Assembly (NCBI GenBank): GCA_004431415.1
Contig: QPMI01000069.1
Location: 1-59,730 of the forward strand
Reading direction: 5' to 3'
DNA: 59,730 bases
Source of the DNA: Cyanophora paradoxa CCMP329
Taxonomy: Eukaryota; Plantae; Glaucophyta
Shown: positions 1-11,502 of the stretch, one piece after another
Layout of the letters: each line of letters opens with the position of its first letter
How positions within the stretch are numbered: the stretch's first letter is position 1
Position numbers and translations under genes: made by a program
Notes under the pieces: generated by a model
The model's input: the letters and a program-made list of their open reading frames with translations, nothing else
The model's database searches: none
What the model was told of the DNA's origin: nothing

Positions 1-257
1 GCGGAGCATGGGAGTTCGGCGTCGTCTCTTCTGCAACCACATGCTCCTTCGCCTGCGCATGCGCATCCCGCACGGCATCGGATCGGCTCCCGTCAATTGC
101 GCCATCGGGGTGACGCCATCGGGCTGGCTTGAACCCGTGACTCAGAGGCAGGCCGGTCGGCTAGTACAAAAGCCGCGCGCGGGCTCGTTCAGCGGTACAT
201 TCGACCTCGCCGAGGTTCGCTCTTCCTTGCCGGCCAGCGGCCCAACAGCGATCCAGG

Positions 258-3200
258 ATGCTGTCCCTGTCCCTCGCTAGGATCGCTGTGGCCCTCGGCG
301 CGTCGCTTCCTGCTCCCGCAGAGCTCGCCGGCGCCGTCAAGCCGTCATCAAGGCGCCCGTCGCAGCGCCGGCCGCCGTGGCGCCGCTGACGCTGCGGACC
401 GCCTTTCCTTCATCATGCAAGCTCATCGTGCGGTCGAAGCACGCCGGCCCTGTCCATGTGAGTGCTAGCCGACCCGCCTAAGTTGACGCCATCGCGATCT
501 TGCGCCCTGGCCGGCGGCGACGCACGTACGCGTTAAGTATAGATTTTATACGCCAGTCTAAAGCTTGTTTCTGTCTAAACAAGCACGGCGCGCCCACGCC
601 GCCAACTGGTGACGCGAGCCCCGGTGACGTTATCGCTCCCTCCCTAACCCTGCAAGCACTACCGGGTCCCTAAGTTGTGGGAGTGAAGCTTTAGTTATCT
701 TTAAGGTCAAGGCCGATCGTAGCGCTTCTGGATCAAAAGTAAGGGGCTGACGCGTACGCTTAACTCGCAGACTCACAAGATCGACCCGGAGGCGCACCCA
801 TCGAGCCTCATGCCGACGAGCTATCCGCCGCCGCCGCGTAGCGACCGGTCGTGGTCCATCGCCGACGTCTACGAGTACGCGCCCTCCAAGAGTGGTCTGA
901 GCGCGACCCGATCGGCTTCTGGACGCGCATGGCCGACCCAACATCGGTGCGAGATTCTTTCCGAGTACTAGTACTCTTTCTTCGCCGCGGCGAAGCCCGT
1001 CGTGCAGACTGGATCGAGCGGCCGAAGAAGGTCTTTACAACGACAACGCGCCGTTCTTTCAAGTGGTTCGAGGGCGGCAAGCTGGTGCGTGCCGGCGCCG
1101 CGAAGTGCGTTGCCCGGCGCCGCCGCTGACGCGAGGCGCGCGCGCACGCCCAGAACGTGTCGGCGCTGCTGCTGGATCGGCACGTCAAGAGCGGCAAGGC
1201 GGACAAGCCGGCGATCTTCTGGGAGGGCGAGCCCGAGGCCGACCGCCGCACGCTCACCTTCGGCGAGCTGCACCAGCAGGCGAGCCCGCCCCGCCGCCGC
1301 CCCGGCCCGCCGGCCCCCCGAACTCGATCGCCGGCGCTGACGCGACGCGGGGCGCGCAGGTGGAAGAAGTTCGCCGGCGTGCTGCGGCACAAGTTCGGCG
1401 TGAAGAAGGGCGACCGCGTCGTCGTCTACATGCCGCAAGTCCCCGAGACCGTCGTCGCCCTCCTCGCCTGCGCCCGCCTCGGCGCCCCCTAGTGCGCCGC
1501 CCCGCCCCGCCCGCCCTCTGCCGGCGCGCGGTCTCGCGCTGAGCGGGGCGGGCAGCTGCATCGTGTTCGGCGGCTTCTCGGACGAGGGCTGCGGGAGCGC
1601 ATCAGCGACGTCGGGGCCAAGGTGGTCATCACGGCGGACGGCTCGTTCCGGCGCGGCAAGCCCTACGACCTCAAGCCGATCGTCGACAAGGCCTCGCCCG
1701 GAGGCCGGCGCCCCCTACCGACTGCGTCGAGAACGTCATCGTCCTCCGCCGGTGCGCCCCCGCCTCGACCCCGGCCCGGCCGGTACCTCGTGCCTCGACG
1801 GCGGGAGGCGGGGGGCAGGCACATGGGAACTGCCCGATGAAGGCGGGGCGGGACCACGAGTGGACGAGCTGATGGCGGACAAGAGCTCGCGCCCGTCACG
1901 CAGCCGCCCCGTCGACGCCAACGACACCCTCTTCGTCATGCACACCAGCGGCAGCAAGGGCAAGCCGAAGGGCGTGCACACTCGGCGGCGGGCTACATCC
2001 TGTGGGCCAGCAGTCGTTCAAGTGGGTCTTTGACCTTCGCTCCGACCTGAACGATGTCTTTTTTCTCCACGCGGCGACCTGGCTGGATCATGGGGTGAGC
2101 CGCCGGCGCCCCTGGATCCGCGTCGACGGCGCCTCGTCCCCTCTGAGCCGGGCCGCGCAGGCACACGAGCATGTACGGCCCCTGGCCCTCGGCGTGACCA
2201 CCGTCCAGTACGAGGGTCCGCGAGCCGCATGCGCACGCTGCGAATTCTAGATCTCTTGCCCGCGCTGAGCCTTTCTTCGCAGCTTCATCTCGACGCCGGA
2301 CGCCGGCCGTCTGTGGCGTGTGCGAGCGGTACAAGGTCTCTCAGTTCTACACCGCCCGACGGCCGTCCGCCTGCCTGGCGCGAGAGGGGCCCAGGAGCCC
2401 GAGAAGTACGACCTCTCCAGCATCCGCGGTGCATGCCGCCTTACTTTCGCTTTTTTCTGCGCGATCTGTCTGACGCGTCGGGGGCGGCAGTGATCGGGTC
2501 GGCCGGCGAGCCGATCGGGCCCGTCGCGTGGCACTGGTTCCACAAGAAGGTCGGCGGCGGCAAGGCCCCGTCGCGGACAACTGGTGGGCAGACGGAGACG
2601 GGCGGCCCGACCATCTCTTCCATCCCCGGCGCCACCCCTCAAGCCCGGCTCCGCAACCGTCCCTCTCCCCGGCATCCACCTCGCCATCGTGGACCCCACC
2701 GGCAAGCGCGTGCCGCAGGGCGAGCAGGGGCTGCTCGTCATCACGAGCCCCTTCCCTCGATGCTCCGCACGCTGTACAACGCCGACAAGCGCTTCGTCAG
2801 CTCCTACTTCGACCACGTCAAGTTCAGGGCAACGACGTCTACTTCACGGGCGATGGCGCATATGAGGACAAGACGTGCCCCGCACCCGCGCTTTCTGTTC
2901 GCTGCGGCCCGTCTGACCGTTGCGCGTTCAGGGCTACATCTGGATCACGGGGCGCGTCGACGACGTGATCAACGTGGCCGGGCACCGCATGGGCACCGCC
3001 GAGATCGAGGCGGCCATCAACCACTGCTCGCTCGTCGCCGAGAGCGCGTCGTCGCCCGCCCCGACCCATCAAGGGCGAGGCCGTCGTCGCGTACGTCGTC
3101 CTCAAGGCTGGCGGTGCGCAGCTCTCTCCCTGTCTTCCGCTGCTGAACCGCGCTCACGGCGGCGGGGGCGTGCGCAGAGGCCACCGGACGCAGAAGGAGG

Positions 3201-3460
3201 TGGACAAGGCGGTGCACGAGATGGTGTACCACCACATCGGCAAGATCGCGCACCTGGACACGCTGATCGTCGTCCCGGGCTGCCGAAGACGCGGTCGGGG
3301 AAGGTGATGCGGCGGCTGCTGCGCTCGATCGCGCGGGAGAGGCGATCAAGCAGGACACGAGCACCCTCGAGGACCCCGCCACCGTCGAGGCCGTCCTCGA
3401 CGCCTACCACAAGCTCGTGGCCGCGAGCGCCCCGCCCAAGATGGCCGCCGCCGCCGCTAA
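258..3460 (+). CDS. acs: Acetyl-CoA synthetase (AMP-forming), multi-exon, with several apparent frameshifts
   Basis: Exon peptides [75 protein letters not shown] (AMP-binding motif), [45 protein letters not shown] and [15 protein letters not shown], separated by short introns. The ATG at 258 is tentative (possible targeting peptide); stop TAA at ~3458-3460. Confidence 0.93.
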
Positions 3461-4569
3461 GTCCCCGTCCCTCTCTTCAGAGAGAGGCCCGCCTCTCAGA
3501 CATAATCTACTTTCCAACGAGTCTGCTGTCTTGCGTCTCCCTTCCTGTACTTTAGCACAGTCGAGATCTGCGATTTTACGTTGCGTTTTTGCTTATGCTT
3601 TTACCTGATTCATTGAAGTCGGGGGCGTACGCTCAAGGTTGTAGATTTTTTCGCGAGCTTCGGATTGGACTTCATTGTTCCAAACCCCCTCCGAGTTGTA
3701 ATGTGCAGTAGTGGGTTCTTGTGGTTCATATCTATCTAGCCAGTGCTAGGCAGATAGCATGTAGGGCTCTTCAGATCTAACACAGAGCTGAAGTGTTCAG
3801 GTATACGTAGCCTAATAGCTGTGGCGTCATACGGGTTACTAGTCATAGCCCGGGTAATTACCGTAAGTCAAGTGTAGCGAGTGTCGTTGCATTTGAGTTC
3901 ATTCAAGAATCAGAATTAATATTCGATCATATGCATGAACTTCGAATTCGGAATTCAGAACCTCAGATCAAGAAAGTCCAGGATCCGCGGCCGGGTGAAG
4001 CTAAGGCCGGCCGGCGGCGCGGCGTCGGCGCGCGGGAGCCCTGAAATCATGAATACTAGTCCGATCCGACGGTAAATCGATATCGCCGAGTCGCGACACC
4101 ACATGCACGCGTACGTGCAATTGAGAACCAAGAGCCGCTGAGCAATTGAGTGCAATTGGATCCCGGATTGAAAAACATGCGTATGAGTGCAATTGCGCAT
4201 TCGAACATGCGTATGTTCGAACTCGCGGTCGGCATTGAAAAAATATTAATATTGGAATTGAGCGTCGACGTCCCACTGAGCGTACGCGAGTATACGAATT
4301 ATAATATTTTGAGCGTACCACGTATACGGTAAGCAAAGGTCTACTTTGTATGTACGTACTGGAAATAGGCAACTACATACTGTGCTTAAAAAGTGAGACC
4401 TAAGGCACTGTAGAACATATGGGATGATCTCAGAAGCTGCGTGCGGAACTACATGCGCAAGAAATATGTGCGATAACGGGTAGAAGGTGATTGAGGCAAC
4501 GCACAAAAGGCGGCTGACGAAGGCGGCACTTCAAAGATGCACGTGCGACTCTAACGCGGGGTCCTAGTC

Positions 4570-7500
4570 CTACCTACCTGCGCGGTCCCTACAGGCGCGG
4601 CCTAGTGAAAGGGCGTGGCGCCCGAGGCTGGGGGCCGCGGGGCGCCTGGCGCGCTCACATGGGGGGAGGGGTGGTGGTGAGGGAGGGGACGGCTGGCCCG
4701 AGGGGAGCGGGGCAGCGGGGGGGGGCCACGGGTCGCTCGCGCCGCCGCTGCTGCCGTGGCCGGGCCCGGCGAGGGCGAGCGCGTGCTCGAGGGGAGATGC
4801 CCCACGGCGAGCCCCGCTGCCCGTCCCGAAGAGCAGCGAGGGCGACGCCGCGCGCCCGGCGCCGCCCCACGGCGCCCCAGCGCGAGGGGGACGAGGCGAG
4901 CGGGGCGTGAAGCCGCCGCCCCCGAGGCCGCCCTGGGCGCCGGCGGGAACGTTGGGTCGTGGGCGCCCGGGCCGGCCTCGAAGGGGGAGCGGCCGCGGGC
5001 CCAGGCGAGGCTGTAGGCGGCGGCGGCGGCGGCGGCGGCCGAGGAGGAGAGGGGGTTCGAGTCCAGCCCGGCCCCGCCCTCCTCCAGCCCGTGCCACAGC
5101 GGCGACGGCGGCGCCGAGAGGGCCGTGTACGCCCGAAGCCGCCCCCGCCCAGGCCCCCGCGCCAGCTCGAGCCGGAGCCGGAGCCGCCGGCGCCCGAGGC
5201 AACGGCGGCGGCGGCGGCGGCGCGGCGGCGGCGAGGGCGAAGTGGCTGTGCTGCTGCTGCTGCTGCTGCGGGTGCTGCTGCGGGACCGGCTGCCCCATGT
5301 GCAGGTGCTGCTGCGCGCGCAGCATCTGGGCGCCCGGCCCCGCCGAAGCGCTCGAAGTCGTGCTGGGACGGCCACGCGTCCTCGTCGTTGATCTCGATGG
5401 GCGGCAGCGCCGAGAGGCTCCCCCGCCGCGTCCCCGGCCCGCTACCGCCCCCGCCCGCCCGCCGGCAGCGCCGGCGCCGAGGGCGGCGGCGCCGAAGAGG
5501 GCGCGGAGCTCCTCGAGGCGCTCGCGAGGGCGCGGTTTCCTCCTCGAGCTGCACCAGCGCCCGCCGGCGCTCGCCCGCAGCGCCCCCACCTGCCGCCGCA
5601 GCTGTCGGTTCTCCTCCTGCAGCTGCTCGTTCGCGCCAGCTGCGCCATCTCCCGCCGGAACTGCGCCACCGCGCCGCCGCGCCCGCGCGTCCAGCTCCGC
5701 CTCCAGCGGCCCGCCGCCGCCCGGCCCGCGGCCCCAGCGGGCGCTCCGCCCCGCGCGGCGCCCCGCGGGGCGGCCCTCGTCGGGGCGAAGGGGACGGGCT
5801 CCTCGGAGGAGTCGGCCCCGCCGGGCCCGGCGAGGGGCGAGCCGCGGTGCGGGGGCGTGCGCGCTCGCGCGGCGTGCGCGCCGGCGAGGCCGAGCCGAGG
5901 GCGCCGGCGAGCCGCCCGCCGTCGGCGTGCCCGACGCTGCCCCGACCCGCCGACGCCGCCGTTGCTGAACAGGTTCGCGATGCCGCCGCTGCCGCAGACG
6001 CCGGGGGCCCCCGCCGCGTCCAGCGCCCGCTCGAGCGCCTGGGCGGCAGGGCAGGCGGCGGCGGGGCCGGCGGCGGCGTCGTCGCTGGCGGCGGGCGCGC
6101 GGCGAGCTCCTCGAGCGCGTGGTCGAGGACGGCGGCCGCCTCGTCGCGGTTCAGGCCCGAGAGGCGGCCCGGCAGCTCGCTCCCCAGCCGGAAGGGCCGC
6201 GGCGCCGGCGCCCCCGCGGGGAGCCGCGCGAGCAGCTCGAGCTCGAGCCGCAGGAGCCGCCGCCGCGCGCCGGCCTCCACGCGGCGCGACTGCGCCGCGC
6301 GGTCGCGCAGGGCGCGCAGGTACTCCAGCCCAGGGGCCCCGCCCGGCCGCCCCGCCGCCACGTCGCTCACCCAGTTGGCGGCCGCTCGACGAGCTCCGCG
6401 CCGTCCTTGCCCCGCGCACTGGATGCACCGCAGCGCGGCCGGGTCCGTCAGAGCGCCAGCAGCGGCGGCACCGCCGCCCCGCGGCGCCCCCGCCGCCCGC
6501 CCCGGCGCCTTCCTCGGCGCCTCGACCGTGAGCGCGGGGCGGCGGCTGCCTGGGCGGCGGTGGCTGGGCGGTGGCGTGCTGGAGCTTGGCGGCGATGCGC
6601 TCGAGGACCTCCGGGCGAGCGAGCCGCCCGAGTCGCCGCGCGGTCGTGCGGGCCTCGCGCTCGGGCGGGCGCCCGGTCGCCCTCGGGGCGTGCGCCGAGC
6701 ACGGGCGAGGAGGTCGCAGTGGTCGGCGACGCCGCGGGGCCGCCGCGAGGGCGACGTGCTCCACGAAGGCGTCAGCGCGGCGTGCGCGGCCGGCAGCGGC
6801 AGGCCGGCCAGCTCCCGCAGCACGCGCGGGTCCAGGAGAGCACCCGTCGTGCGGCGACGCCGACGTGCTCGCCGCCGCCGCTGCCGCCGCCGCGGCCGCC
6901 GCTGCCGCGCCGCGCGCCGACGCCTGTTCGGCCGCCCGCCGACTCGATCTCGATACGGAGCACGCGCCGGCGCACCCCGCTCCATGCTCCGCTGTCTGCT
7001 CGCCGCCGCGTCGGCGCGGCCGGGTGGCGCGGGGCGGGCGGGCGGGCGGAAAGGGGCGGGAGGGCGCACGCTTCGCTCGAAGTGGAGGGCCCGCGTAGTT
7101 GAAGAGGGAGCGGGGCCTGCGCGGCGGCGCCCTCGTCAGCGGGCGGCGGCCGGCGGCACGGCTCGGGGGCGGACCGGTGATGACGCCGCCCTTGAGCGCC
7201 TCGCGATGCTCTCGAGCATGACGCGCCCGTTGTCGCGCCGGCATCGCTGCGTGCGCGGCTCGCGGGGCCCGGGCCCGGGCGGGGCCGGGGGCGGGGCCGG
7301 CGGGGGGGGCGGGGCGCACGCGACGAGCTGGAGGACCTCGTCGTGAAGGCGACGCGGCCGCCGCCGCACGAAGCGCAGCGTCCGCTCGATCGCCGCCGCC
7401 ATCTGCTGCAGCTCCCCGCAGCGCCGCCCGGATCTCTGCGCCCGCCCTCCCTCAGCCCGGCACGCGGCCCGGGCCCGCGCGCGGCGAGCAGAGGGGATCG

Positions 7501-8343
7501 AAGACGCACGGCGGCGGCGGAGGCGGCGCCGCGGCAGGCGTCCTGGGCGGCGCGCGCGCGGGCGGAGGGGTCGTCGCGAGCAGGTCGTCGTCGAGCAGGT
7601 CCGTGAGGCCCCGCCGGGGAACGGCCCGGGGAAGCCGGCGAAGGAGCCGCCCAGCAGGGCTCCAGGCTCCGCTGCGAGCTCGACTGCGGCATCGTGCGCG
7701 GGTCCGGCGAGACCGAGCGCGAGCGGTCCGGCGAGGGCACGCCCAGCGAGTCGCCGGCGCTGCTGCCGCTCCATTCGAGCGCGTCGGCACCGTCAGTAGC
7801 GACGGCGCATCGCCGCGCCCGGCACGAAGGGCGGCCCCGAGGCCGCGGAGCGTGGGCGAGACCCGACGTCGCGCCGGGCCGGACTTGCAGGGCGACGCGC
7901 CGCGGCGGTCATGCCGCGAAGTACGCGCGGCAGAGGGCCGACAGGTTCTCGATCGGCGGTTGCCGCGGTCGTCCAGCCGCTCGCAAAGGGCGCGTAGCGC
8001 GGCGACCGCCTGCGGCGGCTCGAGCCGCCGCAGGGCCGAGATCTTCTGTGCGTCCATAAGCAGGTTCCCCCGCAGGTGGTAGAACTGCAGAGCGCGCAGC
8101 GCGTCAGCTGGAGCGAAGGGCAGCCGAGCGGGGATGCAGCCCACCTTGCGCGAAGCGATCACCCGCGCCTCCATCGCAACCTCGGGCGAGAGCTCCGCAG
8201 AGCAACGAATGACGACGAGATGTATTCCGCGCCGTCTACACGCGTGCCTCGATCAGCCGTGAGCAGAACTGCGCGAACGGCAACGCGCACCGTTGATGTA
8301 CTTGGCGGAGAGGGCACGCCCGGCCCTTTTCCGCAGCGGACAT
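4570..8343 (-). CDS. Hypothetical Ala/Pro/Gly-rich protein, spliced and frameshifted, with a poly-Gln/His tract
   Basis: Protein-like segments in different frames (FYHLRGNLLMDAQKISALRRLEPPQAVAALRALCERL; LLDPRVLRELAGLPLPAAHAAL; LSGLNRDEAAAVLDHALEEL; LPPIEINDEDAWPSQHDFERFG; QQHPQQQQQQHSH) with intron-like gaps. Boundaries uncertain. Confidence 0.5.
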
Positions 8344-9539
8344 GCCGGACGATTGCGAAGAGAAAGGCTCAAGTTCGGCAGGGGTCAGCTCGCTGGGGCA
8401 AAGCGTGAGTGAAAGGACCGGGGCGCGCCGCGGGCTTATCCCCGCGCGTTTGTTCACCTTAGCGCTGTTAGCGCCCTGTCGTCGAACGAGAAGTTCTCCG
8501 GGACCCGGTTGCTGCTATGACGTAGCTTCAAGGCCAGCGCGAGATCAGCAGGAAGTTGTTTGCCGGATCCATCGATCGGCTATACCCGCCTACACCGCCA
8601 TCGATCGCTAGCGCGCCTTCCCGCGCGCATGCTCTTTGCTGCTTGTAGCAGCAATGTGCTCCCCGCGGGGGTACAGTATCTTCTTCACCTTTGAGAAGCA
8701 TGGGGCCGCTTCAGCTTCCGAGCGTGAAATGGATCATTCGAATTCCGGGATTGTCGCAGTGCGATCGCAATAGCTAATCCACTGCTGCTGCAGAGGGTGC
8801 GCACGCATCCTGGATCCGGAATAGCGCTGCGTGCGAAACTGCACGAAACGCTCGAATTCGACGTTCCGGAAGTTGCGTGCAGCCTGCTGCGGCTGCAGCT
8901 TCAGACGCGTATGCACGTCGACGTCGGTCAGACGTGCGGCCGCGGCGATTGCACGCTGGTTAACATTAACGCGTTCGATGTGTGTCGCGCTGCGCATGCC
9001 TCCGACATATTGCCTCGCGCAGCAGCCAGCTGGCCATGGCAGATCATTGGATGCATATGTTGGATGTGTCGACGTCGCGCGGGGAGTCGCCGGGGACTCG
9101 CCGGGGAGTCGCCGGGACGCGGAAGTGCCGCAGGCCCGCAGTGCGCCCACCAGCTGCAGCTGCAGCTGCGCTGCATGCGCAGCCTCCGCGCGCGCGCGCG
9201 CGCGCGCTGCGTATGCCAGGCTGGCCCTTGACAAGTTCAGCAGGCGCGCGCCGCCGCGGCGCCGGCGCGATCCGGCGCACGCTGGCTAGCTGCAGCTGAT
9301 CATAGGCGTGCGCGCATACGCGCATGCGCAGTTTGAATGTGATGCCCGCCGATTCCCGGAGAACGTCATGCAATTGCGAGGCCTTGCAATTGGTCCGACG
9401 GTCTGGCCCATGCATGCGCACGGTCTTGTGTATGCTTATATGTGCCACGGTGTTTACGTATACAAGTGTACTGCGTACAGATCGAGTAGGAGCTTTTGGA
9501 TCCGGATTGGTGCGCTGGAAAAAGCGGCAATGTTACAGG

Positions 9540-11031
9540 CCTAGGGCGACAGGGAGAGGGGGCAGCGAGGCTCGCAGCCCCGGGGGCGGAGGGGCCCTGC
9601 CAGGCTGGGGGAGGGACGGCACGGGGGCCGCCGGGCGGCTGCGTGGAGGCGGGGTCGGGGGCCTCTCCTGGGGGCCTAAGCCTAAGGGAAGTAGGCGACC
9701 TCGACGGAGGCGACGACGGCGCCGTCCACTCGGGCCCACGCCGGGAACGCCTCGAAGTTCGCTGCCCGCGCCGAGAGCTGCCCGCCCCGCCCCGCCCCTC
9801 AGAGGCGCCCGGGCGGCGGCGGCGGGGCGGGCGGGGCGGACGGTGGCGTAGGTGCCGTGGAGGAGGGGCGCCAGGTCGGGGCTGAAAGCGGAGGCCGCCG
9901 CGTCGCGCTCAGCCTGCCCCGCGGGTGAGCGCCGCAGCCGCGCGGGCGAGAGAGGGCGCGGGGCTACCGGAAGCCGGCGGGGGGGCGGGGGAGTCGAGGG
10001 AGAGGCGGCGCGGGGAGGCGGCGCCGGCCACCGCGGGGAGCCCGGCGACGGCAGCGAGTTGAAGAGCCGCCGGGGGTACGCCACGGGGGCCTGCGGGGGG
10101 TCGGAGGGGGAAGCGGAGGCAGCGGGGCGGGGCGGGGCGGACGGGGCGCATGAGGGCGGAGCGGGGCGGGCCGCCGGCAGAGGCCTCCTTCTCCACCGCG
10201 AAGAGGAACGAGGACTCGGGGTGGAAGCGGTCGAAGTAGCCTCCTGGCGGGCGGGAGGGGCGCCGGGTCGGCGGGGCACAGAGGCGGGGCACAGAGGCGG
10301 GGCGGCGCGCACCGACGACGAGGGAGGCGGGGTGGAAGCGGGTGCGGAGGTGGGAGACCTCGCAGACGCTGAAGAGGTCCACGATCAGCACGAAGCGGTG
10401 CAGGCCCCGCACGCTGCGAGGGGGGGCCGGGCAGCGGTCAGAGCGGACGACATGGGGCGAGGAGGAGGCGGGGAGGGGGAGGCGGGGGCGGACCAGGCGT
10501 CGAAGACAGCGGAGTCGAAGGAGAGGTGCCCGACGTCCGGGAGCTCGCCCTGCACCGCGCGGAAGGCCATCGGGCCCGCCGCACCCGCCCCGCCGCCTCC
10601 GCCGGCAGCACCGCCGCCACCCGCTCCAGCGCCGACGGGCACGAGCGCAGCAGCACCGAGGGGACGTCCACCCGCGAGTTCGGCTGCTGCGCCGGCCGCT
10701 CCGAGGGCGAGGCCCAGTCGACCGCCTCCACCGCCGGTCGCGCGGGGCTCCGCGCCGCCCGCAGCGGCGCCGGCGATGCGTACGACGGCGAGAGCAGCCG
10801 CGCCGACTTGAGCGAGATGGTACCGTACCCGAACCCCGTCTCCAGCGGGAGCGCCACGTGCGCCGCCGCCTTGCAATTGTCCCGCCCCGCCTCTGCGGGC
10901 GGCCGCGTGAGCGGCGGGCAAAGGCGTCGCCCGTGCTTGGCTGGGCCCCGCATCGCACCGGTCGACAGCACCCGCGTGAGCGAGAGCCGGCGGCGATTCG
11001 GGATGGTGGCGTGAATCGAATAAGGAGCCAT
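9540..11031 (-). CDS. Hypothetical spliced protein, divergent from GWD
   Basis: Exon-like peptides (HVALPLETGFGYGTISLK; MAFRAVQGELPDVGHLSFDSAVFDAW; GLHRFVLIVDLFSVCEVSHLRTRFHPASL; GYFDRFHPESSFLFAVEKE) separated by C-rich introns. No family recognised; ends uncertain. Confidence 0.45.
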
Positions 11032-11502
11032 GGCGCCTAAGGAGCACTTTCCGGACGGCTCAGGTCTTGGTGGCCTTGGTCTCTTCTTGCTTCGAGTCTG
11101 CGCATAAGCATAAATCAGCTCCGGCACTGCTCGCGGCGAGCGAGCTCCGTCCGCGACGAACCTATAGTGAGTTCTTTGGTGAAACGAAGACGATGGAGTT
11201 CGCAGGCGGCTCGTCGGGCGTCGAGCGGTCGCGGCTAGCCGGTGCCTTTGGGGTTTCTTGTTGATGACAGCGAGTGAAGGGTGGAGGGATCTGGAGTGCG
11301 TCGGGTGTTCTGGGCGCTCGGCTTCATTGTCGGATGGCCTAGTTGGCAGCGGGCGCCAGATGGCAATTGCAAGACTCTAAGACACGTAAACCCGGGGGGG
11401 GGGGAAGCGAAGTCTAGGGTACAGCAGTTCTCGGCTGCGAAGCCGAAAAACGTTCAGGACTCTTCCCGAAGGAACCGTAGCACCCCCAGCACCTTCAGCA
11501 GC

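Noticed and set aside
641-651. ccctaaccct telomere-like motif
   Set aside because: Fewer than two units; compatible with chance.
458-770. Longer, lower-GC acs intron with a small hairpin (gcttgttt/aaacaagc) as a possible snoRNA host
   Set aside because: No convincing C/D or H/ACA box arrangement could be identified by eye.
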